From the NCBI GenBank assembly GCA_030704615.1, contig CM060732.1:78430001-78494000 (forward strand): a stretch of 64,000 bases of DNA, read 5' to 3'. Under the pieces are notes generated by a model. That model was not told where the DNA came from, ran no database searches, and saw only the letters and a list, made by a program, of their open reading frames with translations. This document shows positions 11,771 through 22,687 of this stretch, one piece after another (within the stretch, counting starts at the first letter, position 1; each line of letters begins with the position of its first letter). A program made the translations under genes and the position numbers. The stretch comes from Takakia lepidozioides (Eukaryota > Plantae > Bryophyta).

Positions 11771-13477
11771 TAAGACGTATCAAGGCTCTCATTTGAAGTT
11801 TTTTGGGGGGGGCTATTAAGCTGGATGCCTCCTCTTCTAAGAGGGCGCTCGTCTCTTGGGATCAATTACGTCGTAAAAATAAGGAGTGGGCCTTGGGCAT
11901 TTTGGATATCGAGAGGGAATTCATGGCTTTGCTTGGGAAATGGATCCCTAGATCCTTTCTTTCTTTTCTTCTCTTTCTTTCCGTGGAAGTTTATGATATG
12001 GCATAACATTTGAACGATCCATCCTCGCCTCTTCTCATTCCTGGTCCCTGAGTCTTAGATGGTTGGTCCAAGGTGGCCGTAGCAATCGCAAGCCTTTCGG
12101 GGGGTCGGACACCTGGCAAGCCATTTGGTCGGCGTGGACTTTCCTTCAAGAGTTTCTTTATCAGACCCCTCCCTCTTCTTGGGATGAGGCTTATAGACAG
12201 CCTCTGTGTCTCCTTCAGGCAACTCAGCTCTGGCCCCGAGTTTGCTTTTGCATCGTAACTTTGTTGCCCATGGTTGGCCTATTTACCACGCAAAGCGTGA
12301 GCGTGCTCCAAGGACTCCTCCCACGGTAGCTGCCCTCTCTGGTAATTGTTTTTTATCTTGTTCTACTCCACCCTACGTAGAAAATACTACAACACTTCTT
12401 GGTTTCTTTCTCTTTCTCTCTTATCTCCAATTATTTATGCTGAAAAGCTTTAGGCCTCTCTACCTTCTTGGAGAAGGTTCGACTTCTCTGATCCCCTCTT
12501 TCTCTTACTTAACTCTTCCTTCTCGGTTTCCGTGAATAAGTGCCCAGGTTTGGAACTGCCTGCGGGCACTAAAGGCTTTGGCATATCTGGAAGGGCAGGT
12601 GCTCCTTGGTTTTTTATCAGCCTTACTCGCACAATTTGATGCAGAATGGGCTCTCCATGGAGTTTTGTGCAAATAGAGGGAGAAGACTGTGTGACTTGGT
12701 CACCCCGATTTCCAGTCGACTGGAGAATCTCCTTAGTTTCGGGTTTCCCCGGTTTTCCCAGAGGACAGAGATATCAACTGGAAACATCGCAAGAAGCGGG
12801 AGTTGAAAGTTCGCGTCCATCTCAATTTTGAAGCACCTAGGCAGAAACGTTGAAGGGTGGCGTCTCGGGGTCCATATTTGAGTATCTGTCTCTTCTTCCA
12901 TCTAGACTCTTGTGATTAGTTCTAGTTAGTCTCTTGACTGCCTCTTAATGGCTGGCTCCTATTTTCTGGATGGCCCAAAAGGAGTGTAGCTAAATGGCTT
13001 TTGGTTTTCCTTCTCTCTGGCTGCAGGTTCTCTTTGAGACAATTGCTCGATCTGTGTTCTCCCTGCATTGTTTTTTTTTTTTATTTGTTTTTTGCCTTGT
13101 CTGGGTATCAGATCATTGATGTTTCTTTTTTTCCCTTTTCTTTCCTTCTATCTTTCCTCGGAGTCTTAGGGCTTCTTAGATTGCATAAATCGGTAGTATC
13201 TTTTTGCTTTCAGCTGTTGCAGCATTCTGATTTTCAGGTTCTCCCAAATGAACCTGCCAGTTAGTTATATTCTCTTTAATTGGCTTGTAGCTCCAGTAAG
13301 CCATTGACTATGATTAGAGCTTAGCCCTAGGAGCTCGGTTCATTGGTGCTTTCCCATCGCTTGCTATGTAACGCCTTATGGCCTTCTGTCTTGGTTATTT
13401 TTTCCAAGACTCCTACTTAATATGACTTAAAGGGCCTCCTTCCCTTTTCATTTTAAAAAAAAAAAAAAAAACAACAG

Positions 13478-13877
13478 TCAGTAGCTCAGTCAGTTAAGTG
13501 CACTTAGTGCCACCCAGATGATTCGGGGTAAATCCTGCTACTTGACGGGTGTGGTATTCTCAGTGCCACCCAGATGATTCGGTGGTTAAAAATTCCTGCT
13601 ACTTTGACGGGTTTGGTATTCTCAGTTGCCACCGCAGTATGATTTCGGGTGTAAATCCTGCTACGTTGACGGGTGTGGTAATTCTCTTTCTCCCTCCTAC
13701 TCTCTGTTGGTATTTCTCTCTCTTCCACCTTCTCGGTTGTCCACTACATAACGCCATTTATAATCTCTTTTACTGTGAAAGAGGCTATTTTCTCCTCTTA
13801 TTATCAAGGGGCCTGATTTGTGAGTTCCTTTCCCAGTGTGGTTTTTTTCTTTTAAAAAAAAAACAAAAACAAAAATA
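13478..13877 (+). mobile_element. tRNA-derived SINE with triplicated B-box segment and A-rich tail
   Basis: A box TAGCTCAGTCAG is followed by three copies of about 57-62 bp (gtgccacccagatgattcgggg taaatcctgctac ttgacgggtgtggtattctc) and an A-tail at about 13854-13877. The same head occurs at 62787. Confidence 0.6.
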
Positions 13878-14467
13878 AATGCATTGAATTCATGCAAGCC
13901 ATGCCATATAGTAATTATGAATAGGCAGTAAAAATCTGGAAGATCACATAATTAGTCTATTAATAAATATCAAGGTAAGAGGATCTGAGCCCTGAATCAC
14001 CCATAGGTGGCACGCCCGGTAATATCCGATGGACTTTATGGCATGCACAAGAAGTTGAACGGATGTCATTCATTAAAAGATAGAATATTCTCTTGACAAC
14101 TGTCTCGATCCAATTGGAAGTCTGATCCAAAGTATAGGTGCCCTAAGCTGTTGCCAGCTCATCCTCATGCACAAAGCGTAAGTTCATCCAGACTACAGCC
14201 TACCTCCGTCCATCCCCACTTCATCCAGAGCACATCCCCCCTCCATTCATCCAAGTCGAATAAGCAGGTGAGGAGGAATCCCAGCTCCAAACAAACAAAA
14301 ACAAAAACGTAATAATAATGTACTAAAACTTATTATAAATTTGACCGGAGAAGCCGGTTGGCATGTGGGGGAAGCCCTAAAGGGATGCTGCGGAGCAGCC
14401 GTGTCTCTCTTTGGCTGCACCAAACGCCATAGCCATTTGCCTGCTGTTGCTGTGCCCGTGAGCGAAC

Positions 14468-15662
14468 ATGCCTCCCAAGTTGGACCCATCGCAGGTGGTG
14501 GAGGTCTACGTTCGGGTCACAGGTATGTCTTCTTGCCATAGTTTTTTGCTGGTGCTCGTTGTGTGCTTTCGGTGAGATTAGATACAGGGCAGTCAGGGGT
14601 GTAACTAGTTCCATAGCCGCCTCTTTTCGGAAACCCACTCGGTGGTGGATGTGGGATGTAGGTGGAGAGGTTGGTGCAGCATCATCACTTGCACCTAAGA
14701 TCGGCCCTTTGGGTCTGTCTCCAAAGAAGATTGGAGAGGATATTGCCAAAGAAACAGCCAAAGACTGGAAGGGTTTGCGAGTTACAGTCAAGCTCACTGT
14801 GCAGAACCGACAGGTTTGGTTGGCCTTCCAAGCAATACCCCTTCATTTCCATGATAGTTCTGTTGCATCTATGATAGGTTTACCTTTGGGTCTCTCTCTG
14901 AGAAGATTGGAGAGGATATTGCCAAAGAAACAGCCAAAGACTGGAAGGGTTTACCAGTTACAGTCAAGCTCATTGTGCAGAACCGACAGGTTTGGTTGGC
15001 CTTCTAAGCAATACCCCTTCATTTCCATGATAGTTTTGTTGCATCTATGATAGGTTTATACTTTTATCTCGGCCGCAAATGTGCTAATATCAGTGTGATC
15101 TTCGTCTATCTCTGTCTAAGAGAAAGAGTTTAGCTGCGTGTCAGAAACTGGCCAGCTGTGAAAAGGGACATGAAAGACTGGCAGAGATAGGAAAGACAGC
15201 TGGGCAGAACTGGGCATTGGTTTCTGTTCTGTCTGGTCATCGACGTATATGCAAAAACATCCATGTATGGATGGGCTGGTTAGTTTCTGAGTTTTGGTAG
15301 ATCTGGGTACCCTTCCTTTTGGCTTGGATAACATTTATGTAGGGGTGATGGACTGTAACTATGTTCTGTAGGCAAAGGTAGCAGTGGTGCCTAGTGCTGC
15401 AGCCCTGGTGATCAAGGCTCTGAAGGAGCCAGAGCGGGATCGGAAGAAGACAAAGAACATCAAGCACAATGGCAACATTTCTCTCGATGACGTGATTGAG
15501 ATTGCTAAGATTATGGCTCCAAGGTCCATGGCCAAGCAATTGGCAGGCACTGTGAAGGAGATTTTGGGGACATGTGTGTCGGTAGGTTGTACCGTCGATG
15601 GAAAGGACCCTAAAGATCTTCAAACAGAGATCGATGAAGGGGAGGTTGAGATTCCCGAGTAA
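14468..15662 (+). CDS. RPL12: 60S ribosomal protein L12 (uL11); exons 14468-14522, 14662-14813, 15372-15662; 165 aa
   Basis: [41 protein letters not shown]...[11 protein letters not shown] with GT-AG introns and an intact frame. Confidence 0.96.
14706..15058 (+). repeat. Tandem duplication (about 177 bp) of the RPL12 exon-2 3' half plus splice donor
   Basis: 14706-14882 is repeated at 14883-15058 with a few substitutions and a 1-nt deletion. Confidence 0.9.
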
Positions 15663-16409
15663 GGGGCAGTTTAGATTGATATAACATGAGTGAACCTTCA
15701 TTGCTTCAAAAATGGCGTGTTGACAGAACAAGGAATTTTGCATCATCTGGATTTGGGTGGTGGTTGACTCTTGAGTTTTGGGCCTACACATTCCCCAGGT
15801 TAGTAGGGAGCAGGATTGCAGTACCTTTATCACCAAGCTTTGTAGTACATGGATTAAAAAATATTAGTTCAGATTCTCTTTGAATCTCATACTCTTTGAA
15901 TCTCCATGCAATAAGCTACCGTGGTATATAAGTAGAGTCAGGTGAGTTCTCCCTCAAATTAAAGCTGGAAACACCATTTCATGCAACGGATGGAGTATCT
16001 TTACTCTAATAGGCGGCAGGCAAGAACTGGGGTACTGCATTCAATATGCCAAATGACGTCACTGTAATGTGTCTCGTGAGTTGGTCTTACTTCCTCGCGA
16101 TCACAAGAGAGTATCTCACCCCGAATAGAAGGTGGATGGATTGAAGCTTATATCCTGAATCTGCTTGAGGTGCACAGAAAGTGTAGACTTTAGCAGGAAA
16201 ATGTTGAGAGGAACAGCTTACAAATGAAGGGCTCTCTCGGGAAGGATAAATAATAGAACCAACCACATTTTCATGAAACACGGTAGGGTACTGAATCCAC
16301 CATTCGCGGGTAAAGGGAAATGAGGCTGAAAAATCATCACTTTTCGCTGATCTGATGGGCCCACCATTCGCTAGAGAGGCCGCCACAGGGAGGCACATGG
16401 CGCCATATT

Positions 16410-16750
16410 CTAGCGACGACCACCGAAGGTCGGAAGCTAGTTTAGCGTAGAGCAGGAATAGGGTGCCATAGTGCCACATCATCGTAGCCAGGTCGTCGTC
16501 GTCGTCAATTTCTTTGGAATCTGCCCGGACGGCCCGCGAGAAATAGGCCAATAGAAATTGCCGCGCCAACGTTTCTGGAACTGCCCGCAATGCCCGGATC
16601 TTGATCTTCTTGAACTGCACGAGCTCTGCGTTTTCCGCCATCGTTCACCTTGCAAGCACAGGCATGGATAGCTGAAGGAGCAGGGATCGAGTGTGGGTCC
16701 AGATTCATCCAAAAGGGCCGGATTTCAAGCTCCAGATTACCTATGATTCA
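16410..16750. repeat. Dispersed repeat family X (related copies at about 36145-36465, 38990-39225, 58320-58490 inverted, 63468-63610)
   Basis: Minus-strand MWHYGT(L/P)FLLYAKL is shared by three copies. Plus-strand GIECGSRF and WIDSYKKHAWVDGQLEAA modules are shared among the others. Confidence 0.75.
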
Positions 16751-17574
16751 AGAAGACATCAAATGGGGAGGAGTTTCTTGCAGGCGGAATCGGAAGCTTT
16801 CACTCGTGATTGGGTGGGAAAGAAGAAAAGTGCAGCTTAGATTACACCTTACTTCCTTGTTTCAGACCCGCACAGTGAGTCTCCATGATTGATTTTCCAT
16901 GAGCACGAAGGGTATGTCAGGTTGTGTTTGGTTGCAAAAGTCCCACATCTGCTTGAAGCTAAACCCAAGTTTCAAACCTAATCTTACATTGACTAGATTG
17001 TAATTGTTGTCTGTCTGCCATAACCTCCCTATAACTAGTGTTCACTGGAAACAATAAATGCAAACTGTGAGACTGACATTCAAAGCTGAAGGTTGCTCTT
17101 TTTCCATGTTTCAGCCTTCTTGGCCATTATTTTTGTGATCATTGTTTTATCAAACGTGGTGATAATGATGCAATTTGGATATAACCATATGTGTTATAGG
17201 AATCCATCTGTGTGTTAGTGTCCCTGAGATTTACTAGTTGATCGGGATCTGAAAGACCCTTTAGACCCTCATTTTGTAGTGAGGGAAGTGGTTAAAGTGA
17301 AGGGCTTTTATTCAGTAAAAAAACCGTTTAGACAGGTTGTCTAATTTACCTTGTCATGTTCTGAAGCTTGCATGGTTTGATTCCAGAACCATTCCTCCAA
17401 GAAGAAAAGATGACCTTTTGGTATACATCTGTGAACAGATTTGATTCCAGAGACAAAGGGTTACAGGGGTTGGACTTTGTCTCAGATGTGAAAATTGCAG
17501 TCATTTGTAGCAATTTTGGATGTTGCTTGAATGCTAGTTATGGGACTGAGGTGAGTGGGCGGGCTGGTGATCAG

Positions 17575-17674
17575 AAGCGCAAATTGTCGGACATGCTTCG
17601 ACCTCCCTGGAGCAAAGAGGACCTGGAGCTCTTCTATCAAGCATTTCGGAAATATGGCAAAGATTGGAAAAAAG
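17575..17674 (+). pseudogene. ALY: Orphan exon of an ALWAYS EARLY/LIN9-like SANT/Myb domain
   Basis: cag|[33 protein letters not shown]|gt matches the ALY N-terminal SANT motif. No downstream ALY exons were seen. Confidence 0.75.
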
Positions 17675-17934
17675 GTATCTTATGACCACAATTGACTTGT
17701 TGAGATTGTTTTCTGGTTGTACCAAAATCGTTTGTCATCTTGACTACTTTTTGCAGCAACAAATGAAGCGAGCAGCAAATTGTCTCTGTAGGTCCATCTA
17801 TATCAGGTTGACACTTGAATTTCAATGCATGTTGTTTGTGAGGCACAAGCAATTGTCCTATTTGTTGATCCATCCCGCTGTGTGATTTCACGCAGCAGAG
17901 ATTGTCTCTCAGAACAGGGGGTTGCAGTAGACAC

Positions 17935-18905
17935 TCTACGAGATTTGGTGTCGTGGAGTGCGATGATTGTAGGGTATGCACAGCAAAGGCGCGGGATGGA
18001 GGCTTTGGAGACCTATGAGCAAATGATGGGGGAAGGGGTGAAGCCCGACCACATCACGTTTGTATCCGTTTGCAATGCCTGTGCAAGCCTGGCAGCCCTA
18101 GAAAAGGGAAAAGAGGTCCATGGTGACATCGTCAAAGCTAGAATTGTACACTGCCCTAGTGGACATGTATGCCAAATGTGGGTGCATTGAGGATGCGAAG
18201 GGAGTGTTCGACAATATGGCTGAACGAAATGTGGTGTCGTGGAACGCGATGTTCGCAGGATATGCCCAGCATGGTATCATAGGGAGGTCCTGCAACTATT
18301 TGGGGGAATGTAAAAGAACCGGACAGTATCACCTTTATATGTGTTCGCTCTGCATGCAGCCACTTTGGCCTACTGAATGAAGGAAATCAAGATCATGGTG
18401 TTACTCCGACAGTAAAGCACTTTGGCTGTATGGTGGACCTTCTTGGATGTGCGGGACAACTGGATGAGGTAGTGGATCTGATTAATAAGATGCTAATCAA
18501 TCCAGACGTTGTGGTGTGGAAGGCCTTGCTTCATGCCTGCAGAATGCATGGCAATGTGGAGATGGCTGAACGTGCGGCAACATCTATCCTCAAATGGGAT
18601 GAACACTAGGATGCCGCGACTTATGTGTTGCTATCAAACATCTGCAAAGGTGAGAAGAATGATGAAGGTTAGAGGGGTTAGAAAGGAGCCAGGTCGCTGC
18701 TGCATTGAGGTTGGCAACAGGGTGCACACCTTCACTGTAGATGACATCCCAGAATTAAGGAAATCGATGTTGAGCTGAGGCTGGGCAGATGAAAGGAGGC
18801 GGGGTATGTGCCTGACACGCGCTTTGTATTGCATGATGTGGGGGAGGAGGAAAAGGAATTTTCTGTTTGCCACCATAGTGAGAAGCTGGCCATTGGTTTT
18901 GTGTC
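17935..18905 (+). pseudogene. PLS-class PPR-E-DYW pseudogene (DYW truncated after HSEKLA)
   Basis: P/L/S motifs, HFGCMVDLLG, PDVVVWKALL, PG box KEPGRCCIEV, then [10 protein letters not shown]. Contains frameshifts. Confidence 0.88.
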
Positions 18906-21721
18906 TGGAGACGAAGGTAGTGGATCTGCCAACATCCAGTCCAAGAGGTGAAGTCCTGGCAGAACGGGAAGAGGAGATTTCAAGTACCTGAATATTAGGC
19001 AAGAGGAATTGACCCTGCTAAGATGAAGTTGACTTGGAAGTTGACTTGGAAGCTGACGTGTCCAAGGCCATATTGGAAGAGTGCAGAATGTCCAAACAAC
19101 AGTTAGGCATAAAACCCTGAACTCATTTCTGGTTTGTGACATGGATGAGTGAAGGGGCAGTGCGTGTGCAAACCTGGAAGCCCTGGAAAAGGGGAAAGAG
19201 GTCCATGATGAGATCGTCAAAGCTGGAATTGTACCAGATGTCATTCTGAACACTGCCCTGGTGGACATGTATGCCAAATGTGGGTGTATTAAGGATGCAA
19301 AGGCAGTTTTCAACAATATGCAGGCTGAACAAGATGTGGTGTCGTGGAGCGCGATGCTTGCAGGGTATGCACAGCAGGGAGGCTTTGGAGACCTATGAGC
19401 AAATGATGGGGGAAGGGGTGAAGCCCAACCACATCACGTTCGTTTGCGTTTGCAATGCATGTGCAAGCCTGGGAGCCCTGGAAAAGGGCAAAGAGGTCCA
19501 TGATGACATCGTCAAAGCTGGAATTCTACCAGATGTCATTTTGAACACTGCCCTGGTGGACATGTATGCCAAATGTGGGTGCATTAAGGATGCAAAGGCA
19601 GTTTTGAAAGTTCAACAATATGCAGGCTGAACGAGATGTGGTGTCGTGGAGCGCGATGCGTGCAAGGTATGCACAGCAGGGACGTGGGGTGGAGGCTTTG
19701 GAAACCTATGAGCAAATGATGGGGGAAGGGGTGAAGCCCAACCACATCACGTTTGTGTGCGTTTGCAATGCATGCGCAAGCCTGGCAGCTCTGGAAAAGG
19801 GCAAAGAGGTCCATGGCGACATGGTCAGAGCTGCAGTTGTACCAAATGTCATTCTCAACAATACCCTCGTGGACATGTAGGAAGGGAGTGTTTGAGAGTA
19901 TGGCTGAACGAGATGTGGTGTCGTGGAGTGCGATGATTGCAGGATATGCACAGCAAGGGCGCGGGATGGAGGCTTTGGAGACCTATGAGCAAATGATGTG
20001 CGAAGGGGGTGAAGCCCAACCACATAACGTTTGTTTGCATTTGCAATGTGTGTGCAAGCCTGGCAGCCCTGGAAAAGTGCACAGAGGTCCATGGTGACAT
20101 TATCAAATCTGGAATTGTACCCGATGTCATTCTGAACACTGCGACATGTATGTCAAATGTGGGTGCATCGAGGATGCAAATGGAGTATTTGACAGTATTG
20201 CTGAACGTGATGTGGTGTCATGGAATGTGATGATTGCAAGATATGCACAGCAAGGGTGCGGGATGGAGGCTTTGGACACCTATGAGCAAATGATGTGCGA
20301 AGGGGTGAAAACCAACCACATCACATTTGTGTGCGTTTGCAATGCGTGTGCAAGCCTGGGAGCCCTGGAAAAGGGGAAAGAGATCCATGGTGACATCGTC
20401 AAAGCTGGAATTGTACCAAATGTCATCCTGAACAATCCCCTGGTGGACATGTATGCGAAATGTGGGAGCATCGAGGATGTGAAGGGAGTTAATTTCAACA
20501 CCATGGCTGAACGAGATGTGGTGTCGTGGAACGCCATGCTTGCAGGGGTATGCACAACAGGGGCGTGGGATGGAGGCCTTGGAGACCTATGAGCAAATGA
20601 TGGGGGAAGGGGTGAAGCCCGACCACATCACGTTTGTGTGCGTTTGCAATGCGTGTGCAAGCCTGGCAGCCCTGGAAAAGGGCAAAGAGGTGCATGGTTG
20701 CATCGCCAAAGCGGAACTGTACCAGGTGTGATCCTGAATATTGCCTTGGTGGACATGTATGCCAAATGTGGGAGCATTGAGGATGCAGAGGGAGTGTTCA
20801 ACAATATGGCTGTTGTCGTGGAACGTGATGCTTGCAGGATATGCACAACAAGGCGTGGGATGGAGGACTTGGACACCTATGAGCAAATGATGGGGGAAGG
20901 GGTGAAACGCGACCACGTCACGTTTGTGTGCATTTGCAGTGCGTGTGCAAGCCTGCAGCCCTGGAAAAGGGCAAAGAGGTGCATGGTTGCATCGCTAAAG
21001 CTGGAATTGTACAGATGTGATTCTGAACAATACCCTGGTGGACATGTATGCCAAATGTGGGAGCATTGAGGATGTGGAGGGAGTGTTCAACAATATGGCT
21101 GAACGAGATTTGTTGTCGTGGAACGTGATGCTTGCAGGGTATGCATAGCAGGGGCGCGGGATGGAGGCCTTGGATCATACCTATGAACAAATGATGGGGG
21201 AAGGGGTGAAATGCAACCACATCACGTTTGTGAGCGTTTGCAATGCTTGTGCAAGCCTGGCAGCCCTGGAAAAGGGCAAAGAGGTCCATGATGGGGGAAG
21301 GGGGAAGCCCGACCACATCACGTTTGTGTGCATTTGTAATGCGTGTGCAAGCCACATTCATTTGTGTTCTCAATGTTGGTGCCAGCATGGTGGCCCTGGA
21401 GAAGGGCAAAGATATCCATGCTGACATTATCAAAGCTGGAATAGGGATGATGTCCGATTAGGTCACATTTGTTTGCATCCTCAAGGCTTGTGCGAGACTG
21501 GCAGCCCTGGAAAATGGCAAAGAGGTCTATGCTGACATATGAATGTTGGAGTTGTACCAAATCTGATTTTGAACAATAGCCTTGTTGACATGTATGCGAA
21601 ATGCGGGAGCATGAAGGTTGCAAAGAGAGTATTTGACAACATGGCTGAACGGGATGTGGTGTCGTGGAATGCGATGATCACAGGATATGCCCAGCATAGG
21701 TGTGGGATGGAGGCTTTGGGG

Positions 21722-21911
21722 TGTCGTGCGCATACATATCGCTACACAACTACATCGCTGTCCAAAACCACACAACACATGTGCACACCACACACTAGTA
21801 TACCACTAGTCTACCACTAGTCCAGCCACTAGTCCAACCACTAGGCTACAACTAGTCAGTCACTAGGCTGCCACTACGCTGCCCACTATGGCAGTCACTA
21901 GTCCACACAAT
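21722..21911 (-). repeat. Repeat A, terminal copy (190 bp)
   Basis: Identical to 22240-22429; begins TGTC on the plus strand. Confidence 0.95.
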
Positions 21912-22237
21912 GATAAAGAAGAAGAATACAAGCACAAGCTCATGCGAGCTCACAAAGCTGAAGCATAAACTCATGCATATATAACCTCATCACTCAAATA
22001 CAAGTCAAGCCAAGTGCACCCCACGCCATGGGGAATCCACACTACGGCGCCATAGCTAGGCGCGGTGAGGCTCAACTCGAGAAAGATGAGCCTCCCGCGC
22101 TTGCCGTGAAGATAACCACCCCAGGGCCTAAATCTGCCTTGACCCCTGGATTGACACTTGGGCCAATCCCAAATGTCAATATGTAAAAGCTAGCTATTTC
22201 CTAGCTAGTTTCACACTAGTGGTAAAATAACTTGACA
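21911..22237 (-). repeat. Repeat B, internal copy (327 bp)
   Basis: Matches 33546-33872 except for the penultimate base (C versus T). Confidence 0.95.
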
Positions 22238-22239
22238 GC

Positions 22240-22429
22240 TGTCGTGCGCATACATATCGCTACACAACTACATCGCTGTCCAAAACCACACAACACATGT
22301 GCACACCACACACTAGTATACCACTAGTCTACCACTAGTCCAGCCACTAGTCCAACCACTAGGCTACAACTAGTCAGTCACTAGGCTGCCACTACGCTGC
22401 CCACTATGGCAGTCACTAGTCCACACAAT
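22240..22429 (-). repeat. Repeat A, internal copy (190 bp)
   Basis: Separated from B by GC (22238-39) within the palindrome GACAGCTGTC. Confidence 0.95.
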
Positions 22430-22439
22430 CGCCCCCCTA
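22429..22439 (-). promoter_or_regulatory. Polypurine tract (plus-strand primer)
   Basis: Minus-strand AGGGGGGCGA lies immediately before TTGTGTGG, the start of repeat A. Confidence 0.7.
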
Positions 22440-22687
22440 GCTGGTGCTTAGGTCCCTCTAAGTCCAGGTAGCCACAAGATGTGATAGTGACCATAGCCTC
22501 ACTAAGTCCTCCACCACTATCCCTACTACACTCAAACTCGATAGATCAAGAGGCCGGGTGCAAGAGTTGCCCCATCGTTAGTCGCCGTCTTGCAACCTGT
22601 GAACTTGAGCTTGGGATCTCATGTATTGACTCCTATGAGCTTGGCCTCCCATGTCTTGTTAGCTGCCTCCAGTCATGTCCACTGCCA

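Larger units (their letters stand above)
8400..13471 (+). mobile_element. Degenerate L1/Tx1-like LINE (APE endonuclease, RT, 3' UTR, poly-A), interrupted by two MITEs
   Basis: EN motifs SWNIRG...IILIQEH and WILAGDVN|MVE. RT motifs SPGVDG, NYRPITLLNTAYKI, LDFEKAFD and MYADD. Poly-A at 13456-13471. The 5' boundary is uncertain. Confidence 0.9.

Noticed and set aside
16087-16641. 184-aa novel gene
   Set aside because: It is a chimera of two dispersed repeats joined at about 16410, and sister copies are frameshifted.
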